Counted from the stretch's first letter, positions 51,424 to 60,967 are shown. The stretch is 64,000 nt of DNA from Verrucomicrobiia bacterium (GCA_019694135.1 JAIBCM010000003.1:198626-262625); one strand, 5' to 3'. Numbers and translations: made by a program. Notes: a model not told the origin generated them from the letters alone.

Positions 51424-53205
51424 TTAAGGCACCAAAGGAATCGGCGTCTTTAGCTTTGCCTTAATTTTAAAATTCAATGCCAACCGCTTTTCTTCCACCG
51501 AAACCACATCTACCGTCACCAACTTGGGATCGGCTATATCCTGCTCTGTCATCGCAAAAAATTGAGATTGCGGAAATTTCTTCAAAAAATTACCAATCAC
51601 TTCCTGTCCATCAATTCGCAAATCCGGCGTTTGCAAATCAGCCGGATTAATATTTTCATACGACCCCTCAATCAATAAATGCGTGATCTGCGTCGCATCC
51701 GCAGCAGCAGACTGAGGCTTGCCCGTAGTGCGCTTGGGCGGCGCTGTAATCGGACTCACCACCATCGGCAACTCCCGATCATCAAAAGCCGGTTTCAAAG
51801 CAGTAATCCAGACTCCCACAGGAATCATCGTATTTAACTCCTTCAACAAACCTGGCCAATAACGACGCATCTTAATTAAGCCATCAATCTGCTCCGCCTC
51901 ACTCAAAGCCTTCTCATATCGCGTCTGCACTGCTTTCAACTCACGATTCGCCGACTCCAAAGTGCCTACCTCGCCCGAAATCGTTGCTAACTGCGCTTGC
52001 AAAATATTTCCTTTACGCCAATGACTCGCCCATAGCACCCCAAACAAAACCACCAAAGCCGCCGCCAATGCCACTTGCAAACTGCGTCTTTTTCCCGAAG
52101 CTCGTGACGCCTCAACACTTGCCGGCACCAAATTAATATCTAACGGACAAGGCCCTGTTGCATGCAACGCCAAACCCACCGTCTCGCCCAACCAAGCCGC
52201 CGAACGCACCAACGTCTCACGCGAAATCGAAGGGGCCACAGCCACATTCCGTAAAGGATTAAAAAATTCAATTGGCACACGCAACTTTTCCGAAAAGAAA
52301 AGATCCATATAAGCCAACAAACTCGATCCACCAGTTAACAAAATTCGCATCGGAGCGCTGCCCCCTTGTTGACTGCGATAAGACACGATCGAACGCGACA
52401 CTTCTGAATGCAAACGCGTTAAAATGCCGCGAATCACCTTGGAAATGCGGGCCGCCGTTGCATCATCGGGATCTGCATAAGCGCCACCTAACCCCACAAA
52501 CCCTTTTTCCTGCTTCAACTGCTCTGCTTCAGCAAACGACAATTGCATATCCGTTGCAATCGCCTGAGTAATCTGATTGCCACCAATCGGCACACCACGA
52601 ATGAAAATTTTACCATCTTCCGCAAAAATGAGTTGAGTCGATTTCGCGCCAATATCTAAAATCAACGTGCAACCTTCATAATCGGGATAATTAAAACGAA
52701 ACGCATTATAAAGCGATAAAGGTCCCACGCCTACACGCTCCGCAACACAACCCGTCGCGCTCACCCCCGAATTGATACGATCCAACATCTCTGCCTTAAT
52801 CGCAACAATCACGGCCTCCAAATCCGAATTCTTCACCGATTGAACTAACTGATAATCCCACACCACTTGATCCATGGGGAAAGGAACATTCTGTTGCGCT
52901 TCAAAGCGCACCATCTGCGTAACCTGCTCAGGAGCTGAAGGAGGCAACTTCACAAAACGCGTAAAAACCGATTGACCCGAAATACAATAATAAATCGAAG
53001 TGCCTTGACTTATCTTGCCCGTCAAAACCCGCCGCAACACATTGGCAACAGCTTTCTCTCGCTCCTCTTCCGAGGCTCCTTCCAACGCAATTGTCTCAAT
53101 GACTGCCCCCTCCAACAATAAGCCACCCGCTGTAGAACTATAAAAACCCACACTAATACTGTGGCTACCTAAATTAATCGCAATTACCCTACCGCTTTTA
53201 CTCAT
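51424..53205 (-). CDS. pilM: Type IV pilus assembly protein PilM fused to PilN-like domain
   Basis: Actin-like ATPase N-terminal part (IAINLGSHSISVG...); internal TM helix (LQVALAAALVVLFGVLWA) preceded by LDINLVP PilN-type start; 593 aa. Confidence 0.7.
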   Translation of the reverse strand: MSKSGRVIAINLGSHSISVGFYSSTAGGLLLEGAVIETIALEGASEEEREKAVANVLRRVLTGKISQGTSIYYCISGQSVFTRFVKLPPSAPEQVTQMVRFEAQQNVPFPMDQVVWDYQLVQSVKNSDLEAVIVAIKAEMLDRINSGVSATGCVAERVGVGPLSLYNAFRFNYPDYEGCTLILDIGAKSTQLIFAEDGKIFIRGVPIGGNQITQAIATDMQLSFAEAEQLKQEKGFVGLGGAYADPDDATAARISKVIRGILTRLHSEVSRSIVSYRSQQGGSAPMRILLTGGSSLLAYMDLFFSEKLRVPIEFFNPLRNVAVAPSISRETLVRSAAWLGETVGLALHATGPCPLDINLVPASVEASRASGKRRSLQVALAAALVVLFGVLWASHWRKGNILQAQLATISGEVGTLESANRELKAVQTRYEKALSEAEQIDGLIKMRRYWPGLLKELNTMIPVGVWITALKPAFDDRELPMVVSPITAPPKRTTGKPQSAAADATQITHLLIEGSYENINPADLQTPDLRIDGQEVIGNFLKKFPQSQFFAMTEQDIADPKLVTVDVVSVEEKRLALNFKIKAKLKTPIPLVP

Positions 53206-53252
53206 CGTTTCTCCAAGACTATTTTCAAAACCATTTCAAAAAAATGATGCCA

Positions 53253-54032
53253 TTAAGGACTGTTTGTCTCCATCATAGTAGTCACCTCCGGTCGAGGCAA
53301 AGGCGCCGTCATGCGAGGCATCGCGCTACTACCACCACTACCCGACTCTCTTAAAGGCGGATAATGTTCCCAATAATCCATCGCCCAAGGCGTCTTCGTA
53401 ATTGGCATTAACACCCCTGTCTTACCACCTTTTAAAAACCAGTCTGCTTCCGCCACCCGCTCAGCGCGACGTGTCTCCGCCCAAGACACTCGCTTTCCAT
53501 CTACAAACACTTCCGCTGCCATCGCTGACTGCTTAAAAGCTTGTTCTCCGCCATACATTTCCACCTGAAACGGCGACAAATAAGCCGAAGCAAAATAACC
53601 TTCGCCCAAAGCCAAAGGCCCGTAATGCAATTCTATCGACAAAACTTCCTGATCCAAATCCTGCGGCCGTTGCGGCTGCGGCGTTAAAAGATGAAGCTTC
53701 ACCATCACATCCTGAAAAAAACCGCCCCCCGGCTGCTCCAACTCTTCCCGAGACAATCGCGGATTCAAACTATATTCCACCTCAACTTCCAACCATTTCA
53801 TACGCGGCCCTCTTAAAGGATCCGAAGGCCGTTTCAATTCCACAGCATTCACACCACGTTTCGGCGTTTCAACAAATTCTATTTTAATATTATTAGGTTT
53901 AATCTCAAACCCTGGCACCTGGTCAAAATTTTCCTGATCAGAAAAAGGCATTGGATCTTGAGGCTCTTGTCCTCCTACCACCATACAACTCCCTACCAAT
54001 GCCGCTACTAAGATAAAAAAGTGTCGGCTCAT
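53253..54032 (-). CDS. Hypothetical secreted protein, first gene of the pilus-like locus
   Basis: Signal peptide (MSRHFFILVAALVGSCMVVG); Pro/Gln-rich; no recognised motifs. Confidence 0.4.
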   Translation of the reverse strand: MSRHFFILVAALVGSCMVVGGQEPQDPMPFSDQENFDQVPGFEIKPNNIKIEFVETPKRGVNAVELKRPSDPLRGPRMKWLEVEVEYSLNPRLSREELEQPGGGFFQDVMVKLHLLTPQPQRPQDLDQEVLSIELHYGPLALGEGYFASAYLSPFQVEMYGGEQAFKQSAMAAEVFVDGKRVSWAETRRAERVAEADWFLKGGKTGVLMPITKTPWAMDYWEHYPPLRESGSGGSSAMPRMTAPLPRPEVTTMMETNSP

Positions 54033-54208
54033 ACCTACCTATTTGCCAAAAAAAGAGTATAGGTCAAACTTTATATTAGTGATTATTAACTCGTGACCAG
54101 TGACAAGTAATCGGCTATTAATCACCAACTAATCTAGATAGTGTTTAGTATCGTCACGAAATAGCTAAAAGGTAAACGTATTAAGACTAGATCTCCAGGT
54201 CACCGCCT

Positions 54209-55981
54209 TTAAGCCACGACAATTAGCTTAATCGACGTCGGCAAATGGCGCGCGACTTGCGTAATGACATTACCTTGAATCAAATTAATAATTGCTGCGC
54301 GATTCGAACTACCCATCACCAAAAAATCCACTCCCAATGTGGATGCCACATCTAAAATCGTCTCAGAAGGATTACTGCTCTGACTATACAACGTTCGCAC
54401 CGCCACCTCATTGCCAATCCCCTTTACCTGATTAAAAAACGACACGGCATAAGCGTCATCCTGCCAACGCCCGCCAATATCCAACGTCACTGCCACCTGC
54501 TTAATATAAAGCACAAACAAACTGGCTCCCCGTAACTTGGCTTCATCCAAGGCAAACTGCACCGCCGGCGTCATCCCACGTGCAGCCACTAAAATCTTCG
54601 CTCCTCCTTCCATCACTTGGGTAGCTTCTTCTTTTTCAGCCTCAGAAGAACTTAATCCTAACTCCAATCCTGGCTGAGGTTCCACCGAAACTTCGACACC
54701 CTGTTTACGGGCCACATAACGCAATAAAAAGCCCATACTTAAAACTAAAATCATAAAAACCGTGGCAGAATGTTTGGTTATAGCAATCGTAACCCACACC
54801 CCAAACAAAACCAAAAACGTCATCAACATCACCACTCGCTCCCACCGTTTCATGGGCAATTTGCGATTCACTCCACACGAAAATAAATTAATACAAATTG
54901 CCCCCACGACACCAATGGCATACAACGAAGCCAAATACTTTACTCCTTGATCAGGACTCGCAGACTCCAAAACAATCACCGGCGCCACCATTGCCACAAT
55001 CAATGGCACCCATGGCACACCGAAACGATTCAACTGCGTAAACGGTTTAGGCAACTCCCCATCATGCGCTAACAAATATAAAATCGCGATCAACCCACCA
55101 ATTGCTGTATTGACTGCCGATAACAATAATAATCCAAAAACAATACCCACAATCCAACCAAACCAAGGCCCTATCCACAACTCGCCCATATAACGCAACA
55201 AATTAGCTTCCTTCGTCATCGCTTCTTTCGGCAAAGCCATCGCTAAAAAACCCAACAAAGCCGTCGCCACCGCCACCTCAACCAAAACAATCGTAATAGC
55301 CACCTTCGACGTCCGATGCACCGAAGGTTTTTCCGGCGTGCTGCCCGGATCTAAACGCATCACCCCCGTCGTGCTCGCAATCGCCTCCACCCCTGACAAA
55401 GCCAAAATAATACCTACAAAAGCCGCCCAATTGTGTCCAGCACCCCCTTGCATCGGCTCAATTCGAATTTCATCCAAATGAAATAAACCCGCAACTAACA
55501 AAACAATAACCACAAACAACGTCGGAGCCGCCAACCAAATCGCAATTCCACCAGTATGCTTCGGCCCAAAAAAATTTAAAAAACCGACACCAAAAATCGC
55601 CAAAGTCGCAAACCGCTGCGCCTCATACGATTCAAATCCAAAATAATGAAACGCCTCAAAACAACTCAACGACGCGGTAATAATATAATCCGCCACCAAC
55701 ATCAACGCCCCAATCACTGCAAGCTTTTGCGACAATCGCTGCGCTGAACTATAAACCCCACCCCCTGTAGGAAAATATTTGCAAATCCAAACATAATTCA
55801 ACCCCACAATCGCCGTCAGAGCTGCTACCGCTAAAAAATGAGGCAACGCCGTATAACCCAGAAGCGCAAACCCAATCCCAATCACATACGCCTTGCTCGT
55901 CCCCCAATCCCCATAAAGCAAAGCAGCTGCCCGTGCCCAACCCACGTTGCGCGGACGACCTACCTTATTTAACTCCATCAT
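54209..55981 (-). CDS. APC-family amino acid permease fused to C-terminal universal stress protein (UspA) domain
   Basis: About 12 predicted TM helices, then Usp-like domain (ILVAARGMTP...VDFLVMGSSNRAA...). Confidence 0.7.
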   Translation of the reverse strand: MMELNKVGRPRNVGWARAAALLYGDWGTSKAYVIGIGFALLGYTALPHFLAVAALTAIVGLNYVWICKYFPTGGGVYSSAQRLSQKLAVIGALMLVADYIITASLSCFEAFHYFGFESYEAQRFATLAIFGVGFLNFFGPKHTGGIAIWLAAPTLFVVIVLLVAGLFHLDEIRIEPMQGGAGHNWAAFVGIILALSGVEAIASTTGVMRLDPGSTPEKPSVHRTSKVAITIVLVEVAVATALLGFLAMALPKEAMTKEANLLRYMGELWIGPWFGWIVGIVFGLLLLSAVNTAIGGLIAILYLLAHDGELPKPFTQLNRFGVPWVPLIVAMVAPVIVLESASPDQGVKYLASLYAIGVVGAICINLFSCGVNRKLPMKRWERVVMLMTFLVLFGVWVTIAITKHSATVFMILVLSMGFLLRYVARKQGVEVSVEPQPGLELGLSSSEAEKEEATQVMEGGAKILVAARGMTPAVQFALDEAKLRGASLFVLYIKQVAVTLDIGGRWQDDAYAVSFFNQVKGIGNEVAVRTLYSQSSNPSETILDVASTLGVDFLVMGSSNRAAIINLIQGNVITQVARHLPTSIKLIVVA

Positions 55982-56124
55982 TACATCCCCACTCTAAAAG
56001 AGATTTAACCAAAAATTCAAACAGGAAATTTGAATAATAACACTTCTTTAATGATTTAGCTTTAGCTATGACGCACAAAGCTGGGATGTTTGATTTAGGT
56101 AAAGTCGCCCAATTCAATCATATC

Positions 56125-56196
56125 ATATCATCCTCGAACTCGATCCGAGAATCCACATTCCCACCCCATTGTCATTCCCGACTCGATCGAGAATCC
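56125..56196. repeat. Two tandem copies of about 29-bp unit (atcatcctcgaactcgatccgagaatcca / gtcattcccgactcgatcgagaatcca)
   Basis: Read directly; contains 10-bp palindrome ctcgatcgag; shares core with repeats at 25048 and 57825. Confidence 0.55.
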
Positions 56197-56354
56197 ATTC
56201 TTTATTTCTCTGGATCCCCGGGTCACCAAAGCGGGATGAGGAGTGTAGTTGACATTTTAGGATAGCGCTTAGCGCTCTTTGGGACTTCAGACAATTATAT
56301 TAAAGCTTAACCGGGGCTCCCATTGTTCAGCAGTTACCTATTCCCGACAATCTT

Positions 56355-57746
56355 TTACCAAGGACTAGGCATCCCCCAACCCTTAGTCTGAGCAGCTTCA
56401 CCAGCAATCCTAGCAGGTTCTTGAAAAGCTTGGCGGAGTTTATCGCCAGCTGGCCTGACCAAATGTTCATTGGCTAGTTCAGCTCCTTTACCAACAGCCG
56501 GGGCTACCATCTCTCCCACCTTACCACCCGCTGCTATGCCTGTTTTTACTACTGGTACAACCACAGGAGCAACTACATGCTCTGCTACAGGCAACACCAC
56601 GTGGTCAACTGCTGCATCTACTGCCGGGTTAATGGCATAACAAAGTCCTACAGTCTCCACACAATCAGCTACATCAATCACATCAAGAGCGGCCTCTCCT
56701 AATTCAGCCCCCCTCTTTAACGCTTCTCTAGCCACCACACCCGCTCCCAAAGGATGCTCTCGACCAGACGGCTCTGGCTCTTCAGAAACCTGACTCACGT
56801 AAGCCACACCGCTTACCACAACAATCTTTTCAGATTTTGCCAGATAATTCCTAGATCTTGATTCGAGACTATTCAACAACTTATAGAAACATGCATCCGC
56901 CTCACGATAATCGTCCCAAGCTTGACGAAGTCTATCCGTATTTGGCTTTATTTGGGTATTGCCTAACTCTTCTGATAGAACACGTGAAAAAATTTCCAAT
57001 TTCTCATTCTGATTAATAGTAACCTGTAAAAATTCGTCAAAATACTCAGCCAAAGCTTTAGCTTCAGCAGCAAGTTCACGACTAGCCTTACTAGGATTTA
57101 ATGCTGCAATCTCATTAGCATGATGCAAAGCTTCTTTAGATATCTTATTCATTTCTTTCATAGAATGAATGAAACCTTTATTATCAGATATTATTCCTCC
57201 TACATCACTCAAAATATCGTTCCAAAAATAAATTTCTTCAGATGAATGAATTTTTTTTGGGGCTTTTGGGGCAATCGAAGATGATGGATCACCAAAATAA
57301 TTATCCATTCTTTTTCTGATGCTCGCCAAAGCCTTAATGTAGGAAAAATCAAAACCCCTAACTCCTCTATTAAATTCATGTCCAGCCTGAGCTAAACGAG
57401 CAGCGTGATAATAAGGCTTATCAACATGGCTCGCAAGCCTAGCGAATCGTGCCTTTTTATAAGCTTCTTGAGCCTCTTGAATTCCATAAAGATCTTTATA
57501 TGCTTCATCACAAGCATGATTAGCTTCTAAGAAAGCTTTTTCATTTTCTGGAGTAGAATCGGCTCGAAATCTTTGTTTCGCCAGAGTCATCTGGTCATGC
57601 GCTTCGTATGCTAGCTTATGAGCCTCTTCCAATTCCTCTGCAGCAAAGGGTGGGATCTCTATCTCTCTAGGCTTCGAACCGCTAATCCTATCCCAAGCAT
57701 CACCAAGTTTTCTTCTCCAACCACTTTTGCTACCACCTTTACCCAT
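56355..57746 (-). CDS. Hypothetical Ala-rich protein, compositionally atypical
   Basis: 463 aa, no recognised catalytic motifs; N-terminus MGKGGSKSGWRRK; codon usage looks different from neighbours by eye (frequent CTAG); flanked by repeat loci. Confidence 0.5.
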   Translation of the reverse strand: MGKGGSKSGWRRKLGDAWDRISGSKPREIEIPPFAAEELEEAHKLAYEAHDQMTLAKQRFRADSTPENEKAFLEANHACDEAYKDLYGIQEAQEAYKKARFARLASHVDKPYYHAARLAQAGHEFNRGVRGFDFSYIKALASIRKRMDNYFGDPSSSIAPKAPKKIHSSEEIYFWNDILSDVGGIISDNKGFIHSMKEMNKISKEALHHANEIAALNPSKASRELAAEAKALAEYFDEFLQVTINQNEKLEIFSRVLSEELGNTQIKPNTDRLRQAWDDYREADACFYKLLNSLESRSRNYLAKSEKIVVVSGVAYVSQVSEEPEPSGREHPLGAGVVAREALKRGAELGEAALDVIDVADCVETVGLCYAINPAVDAAVDHVVLPVAEHVVAPVVVPVVKTGIAAGGKVGEMVAPAVGKGAELANEHLVRPAGDKLRQAFQEPARIAGEAAQTKGWGMPSPW

Positions 57747-57824
57747 AATAATTTCCTTAAATTTCCTCTTTTTAAGAATTAAACATAGAAAAAAATTTTG
57801 TCAAATACCCCCTCGCTACCAAAC

Positions 57825-57893
57825 TTGTCATCCGTCATCCTCACCCTTACAGAAAATGCCAAATGCCAACCTTGTCATCCTCGTCCGTCAGCC
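57825..57893. repeat. Two copies of cttgtcatcc(g/t)... motif, period about 46 bp
   Basis: cttgtcatccgtcatcctcaccc and cttgtcatcctcgtccgtcagcc, with aaatgccaaatgccaa between; same core as 25048 and 56125 loci. Confidence 0.55.
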
Positions 57894-57983
57894 GATGGAT
57901 TTAGCAGCACTCAAAAGTTTATATCTTCTCACTACGTCAAATGACGTATTTCCAAACCGGAAAAAATATATAATAAAGAAATA

Positions 57984-59234
57984 ATGAAAATCCAAATTAG
58001 CCTTTTACTTCTTTTTATCGGCCTCTGCCAATCGACCTGGAGCGCAATCAATGACAACTTTGCAAACCGCATCCCGCTCGTAGGTCTTCCGGTTACGGCT
58101 CAACTCCTAACCAACACCGACGCCACTGTCGAAGCCGGCGAACCTCAACATGCGGGTCTCGCTGACACCACCAACTCCGTCTGGTGGACCTGGACAGCGC
58201 CTGCTAATGGCGATTACGCTTTTTTAACCCTAGGCAGCGATTTCGATACCGTGCTTGCGCTTTATGAAGGAAACGCCGTCAACATGCTTACTACTTTAGC
58301 CTCGAATAATGATGCCAATTTAGGTGGCACTAACATCGTTAAACGCAGCTATCTTCATCTTAATCTAACCAATAGCCAAACCGTCCAAATCGCAGTATCC
58401 GGCACGGGCCCTGATAAAAGTAATAAAGGCCAAATCAAACTACAAATTGCCCAACGCCCGATTAATGACGATTTTGCCAATGCTCAACCCCTTTCCGGCC
58501 CCACACTTACCACAAACGCCACCACCCTTGGCGCTTCCAAAGAATCGAGCGAACCTCAACTTCAACCCACCGCCCCCGGCAGCGCTTCAATCTGGTGGCA
58601 ATGGTCGCCCCCCACCAACGGCTCTTATGTCGTCTCAACAGAAGGCACAGGTTTTGACTCTCTCTTAGGCGTTTACACCGGCAACTCACTCAACGCACTC
58701 ACACAAATACTACGCGCCAATAACACCAGCTCCAACTTAAACGAAATCGCATCCTTCCAAGCCGATGCTAACACAACTTACTTTATTACCGTCGATGGCA
58801 ATGGACCACTGCAATTCGGCAATGTCGTCCTTAGCATTTATCCAGGAGCCGTCGAAAATTTTATTGACCCGAATCTGCTGGGTTTGGAAATCTCAATTCG
58901 CGCCCCTAAAAACGATGGAAAAACTTATAAAAAACGTGCCAGACGTGGCGTTCGAGCCCGAGCCAAATTCGTAGACACCACCGGCACCAACACCATCAAA
59001 AAAATTGAATACGCCGTCGTCAGTGGCACCAATTTAACCAACAGCGCCATTCCTAATCCTTTCATCAGCTTCGAAAAAGTTAAAATTCGTAAAAAAGGTA
59101 AAGTAGCTCGCGGTCGCACCACCATCGCATCCAACCTACCCAGTGGCGAAGTTCGCTTGGAAGTGCGCGCAGTCATCAACGACACCAACACCACCAGCAC
59201 CGTGAAACGAACATTTAATTTGATTCGAAAGTAG
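57984..59234 (+). CDS. Secreted protein with two tandem internal repeats of about 130 aa
   Basis: Signal peptide (MKIQISLLLLFIGLCQSTWSA); repeats start INDNFANRIPL... and INDDFANAQPL..., each with W-x-W and G-x-Y...FD..L..Y blocks; basic C-terminal region. Confidence 0.6.
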   Translation: MKIQISLLLLFIGLCQSTWSAINDNFANRIPLVGLPVTAQLLTNTDATVEAGEPQHAGLADTTNSVWWTWTAPANGDYAFLTLGSDFDTVLALYEGNAVNMLTTLASNNDANLGGTNIVKRSYLHLNLTNSQTVQIAVSGTGPDKSNKGQIKLQIAQRPINDDFANAQPLSGPTLTTNATTLGASKESSEPQLQPTAPGSASIWWQWSPPTNGSYVVSTEGTGFDSLLGVYTGNSLNALTQILRANNTSSNLNEIASFQADANTTYFITVDGNGPLQFGNVVLSIYPGAVENFIDPNLLGLEISIRAPKNDGKTYKKRARRGVRARAKFVDTTGTNTIKKIEYAVVSGTNLTNSAIPNPFISFEKVKIRKKGKVARGRTTIASNLPSGEVRLEVRAVINDTNTTSTVKRTFNLIRK

Positions 59235-59703
59235 AAACCTTCTTTTTCCATTCAGCCCAATAATACCCAAGCGCGATAGCTAACAACAAGCTATTGCGCA
59301 CCACCATTCCTTGCGCTGTTTTTCCTAAAAAATTGAGCGCGCCAAAACAACTGCATTCTATCGCAATTCCCCGATAAATAGCCGATCCCAAAGCCCCCAA
59401 AAAAATGACCAATAAAAAACTGGCTGCCAAAGCTCCAACCCGTCGCCCCATCACCAATAACAAACCCGTAAAAACTTCAAAAATAAGCAACCCCATCGCC
59501 AACACCGGCAATAAAAATTCCGGTAACAAATGATAAGCCTTCATTGCCTTCACCAAATCCCAAGGCGCTTGCAATTTCATCACACCTGCCAACAAAAAAA
59601 CAACTCCCAAAAAAAATTGTACTACTTGTAGCGCTTTCGAACACCAAAATTCCCGATTCTTCACCGCTCCACCTCCTGCCCCGACCTCTCCCACATTTCC
59701 CAA
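59215..59703 (-). CDS. DoxX/MauE-family membrane protein
   Basis: Four hydrophobic helices (LQVVQFFLGVVFLLAGVMKL ...); overlaps upstream rhodanese ORF. Confidence 0.55.
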   Translation of the reverse strand: MGNVGEVGAGGGAVKNREFWCSKALQVVQFFLGVVFLLAGVMKLQAPWDLVKAMKAYHLLPEFLLPVLAMGLLIFEVFTGLLLVMGRRVGALAASFLLVIFLGALGSAIYRGIAIECSCFGALNFLGKTAQGMVVRNSLLLAIALGYYWAEWKKKVSTFESN

Positions 59704-60149
59704 CCCCCCGCAAAAACCATAACCTGATTCACACCTAGTCCCAATAACTTTTCCGCAACAATCCGACTATCCTCACAGTCCGCTCCAGAACAATAAACCA
59801 CAACCTTCCGCTCCGCCAAATCTGACACTTTCAGATTTAACCTTTTCCAACCTTCCTCAAATTGACGCCTCGCCAAATTTAACGCACCAGGCACATGCCC
59901 CATTTGATAAAATCCACTATCCCTCGCATCCAAAATCACCACGTTTTGATCCGTCATCAATTTCAAAAATTCTGTTAAACTGATTTCGTGAACCAACGAT
60001 TTTTTTTCCTGAATCGGTTCAACCAACGCTTGATGCCATCGGGGAAAATAACGTTTTCCAACTTGCACCGAAGCAAAGCCTAAACCGCAAGCAACAGCCC
60101 CCATTATTAAAACCTGAAAACAATCTTTAAAAAAAAATCTTATTCCCAT
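59661..60149 (-). CDS. Rhodanese-domain sulfurtransferase, membrane-anchored
   Basis: N-terminal TM helix; rhodanese fold with active-site Cys (VVVYCSGADCEDS). Confidence 0.7.
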   Translation of the reverse strand: MGIRFFFKDCFQVLIMGAVACGLGFASVQVGKRYFPRWHQALVEPIQEKKSLVHEISLTEFLKLMTDQNVVILDARDSGFYQMGHVPGALNLARRQFEEGWKRLNLKVSDLAERKVVVYCSGADCEDSRIVAEKLLGLGVNQVMVFAGGWEMWERSGQEVER

Positions 60150-60181
60150 GCAATGATCAGCTTACCAACTCGTTTCATAAC

Positions 60182-60967
60182 TTACTTCGCATTTAACAGT
60201 TTCTTAAGAGAAGGATAAGAATCAGGCGAATTCGGATTCGGAGGCAAATTCGTAATCAACTGCACCACACGATCCCCTCCTTCTCCCTTATATCTTTCAA
60301 CAAATTTTTTAAAATCTTCACTCGCTGCATCATCCGCCTTGTCACTAACCACCCGCAACGCAACATGTGGCACAGCATAACTCTCCAACACCGACAACAA
60401 ACCAAATAAATTCATATCCACGGCTTGCGCTTGCGTGCTATCACGCAACTCATTTCTAAACCGTTCCGAAGCAATAAACGCTTCACCCGAAGCCACCGTA
60501 ATTTTTTTCAATTCATTTTCCAAAACCATTTCTTTCACCCAACTCGGAAAAGGCAAAACAAACTCTGCTCGCTCGCCTCGTTGAAATGCCGAACCCGTTT
60601 GAGTCCCTTTTTGATAAGCCACCACATTCGTCACCAAACACCATTGCCCCACCTTCAAATCGTCCAACAACGCCCCAATCGGACCCAACGAAATCGCCAA
60701 ATCGCAACGAAACCGACTCAACAACGCCTGCGCAGAAATCGCGCTCTCCACCACCCCCGCACCCATTTTCACACCGTAAACCTGATGCGCTCCCAGCCGC
60801 ACCGTTTCAATCGATCGATTCCCCACTTTAGTCGCACCGTTTACCGATTGAGCCTGCGCCTTGATTTGATCCCAATCCCGTTCCAAAGCATAAAACACCG
60901 CAATCTCATCCGCCCAAATCCGCCAACTTAAAAATAATCCAACACTTAGAATAAGCGCTAATTTCAC
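60182..60967 (-). CDS. Nucleoside phosphorylase-family protein (MTA/SAH nucleosidase-like)
   Basis: ASGEAFIAS...VDMNLFGL...RVVSDKADD matches PNP/MTAN family patterns. Confidence 0.55.
   Translation of the reverse strand: MKLALILSVGLFLSWRIWADEIAVFYALERDWDQIKAQAQSVNGATKVGNRSIETVRLGAHQVYGVKMGAGVVESAISAQALLSRFRCDLAISLGPIGALLDDLKVGQWCLVTNVVAYQKGTQTGSAFQRGERAEFVLPFPSWVKEMVLENELKKITVASGEAFIASERFRNELRDSTQAQAVDMNLFGLLSVLESYAVPHVALRVVSDKADDAASEDFKKFVERYKGEGGDRVVQLITNLPPNPNSPDSYPSLKKLLNAK

Noticed and set aside
56068-56265. 65-aa plus-strand ORF in the intergenic region
   Set aside because: Spans the repeat and palindrome elements, has low-complexity composition and no support; more likely non-coding.
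56355-57746. Calling the MGxxxS protein a confirmed myristoylated host-targeted effector
   Set aside because: The N-terminal motif is short and could occur by chance; kept only as a hypothesis in findings.
60425-60931. 168-aa plus-strand ORF rich in Arg/Pro/His
   Set aside because: Antisense to the nucleosidase-like gene; composition typical of an antisense frame of a real gene.
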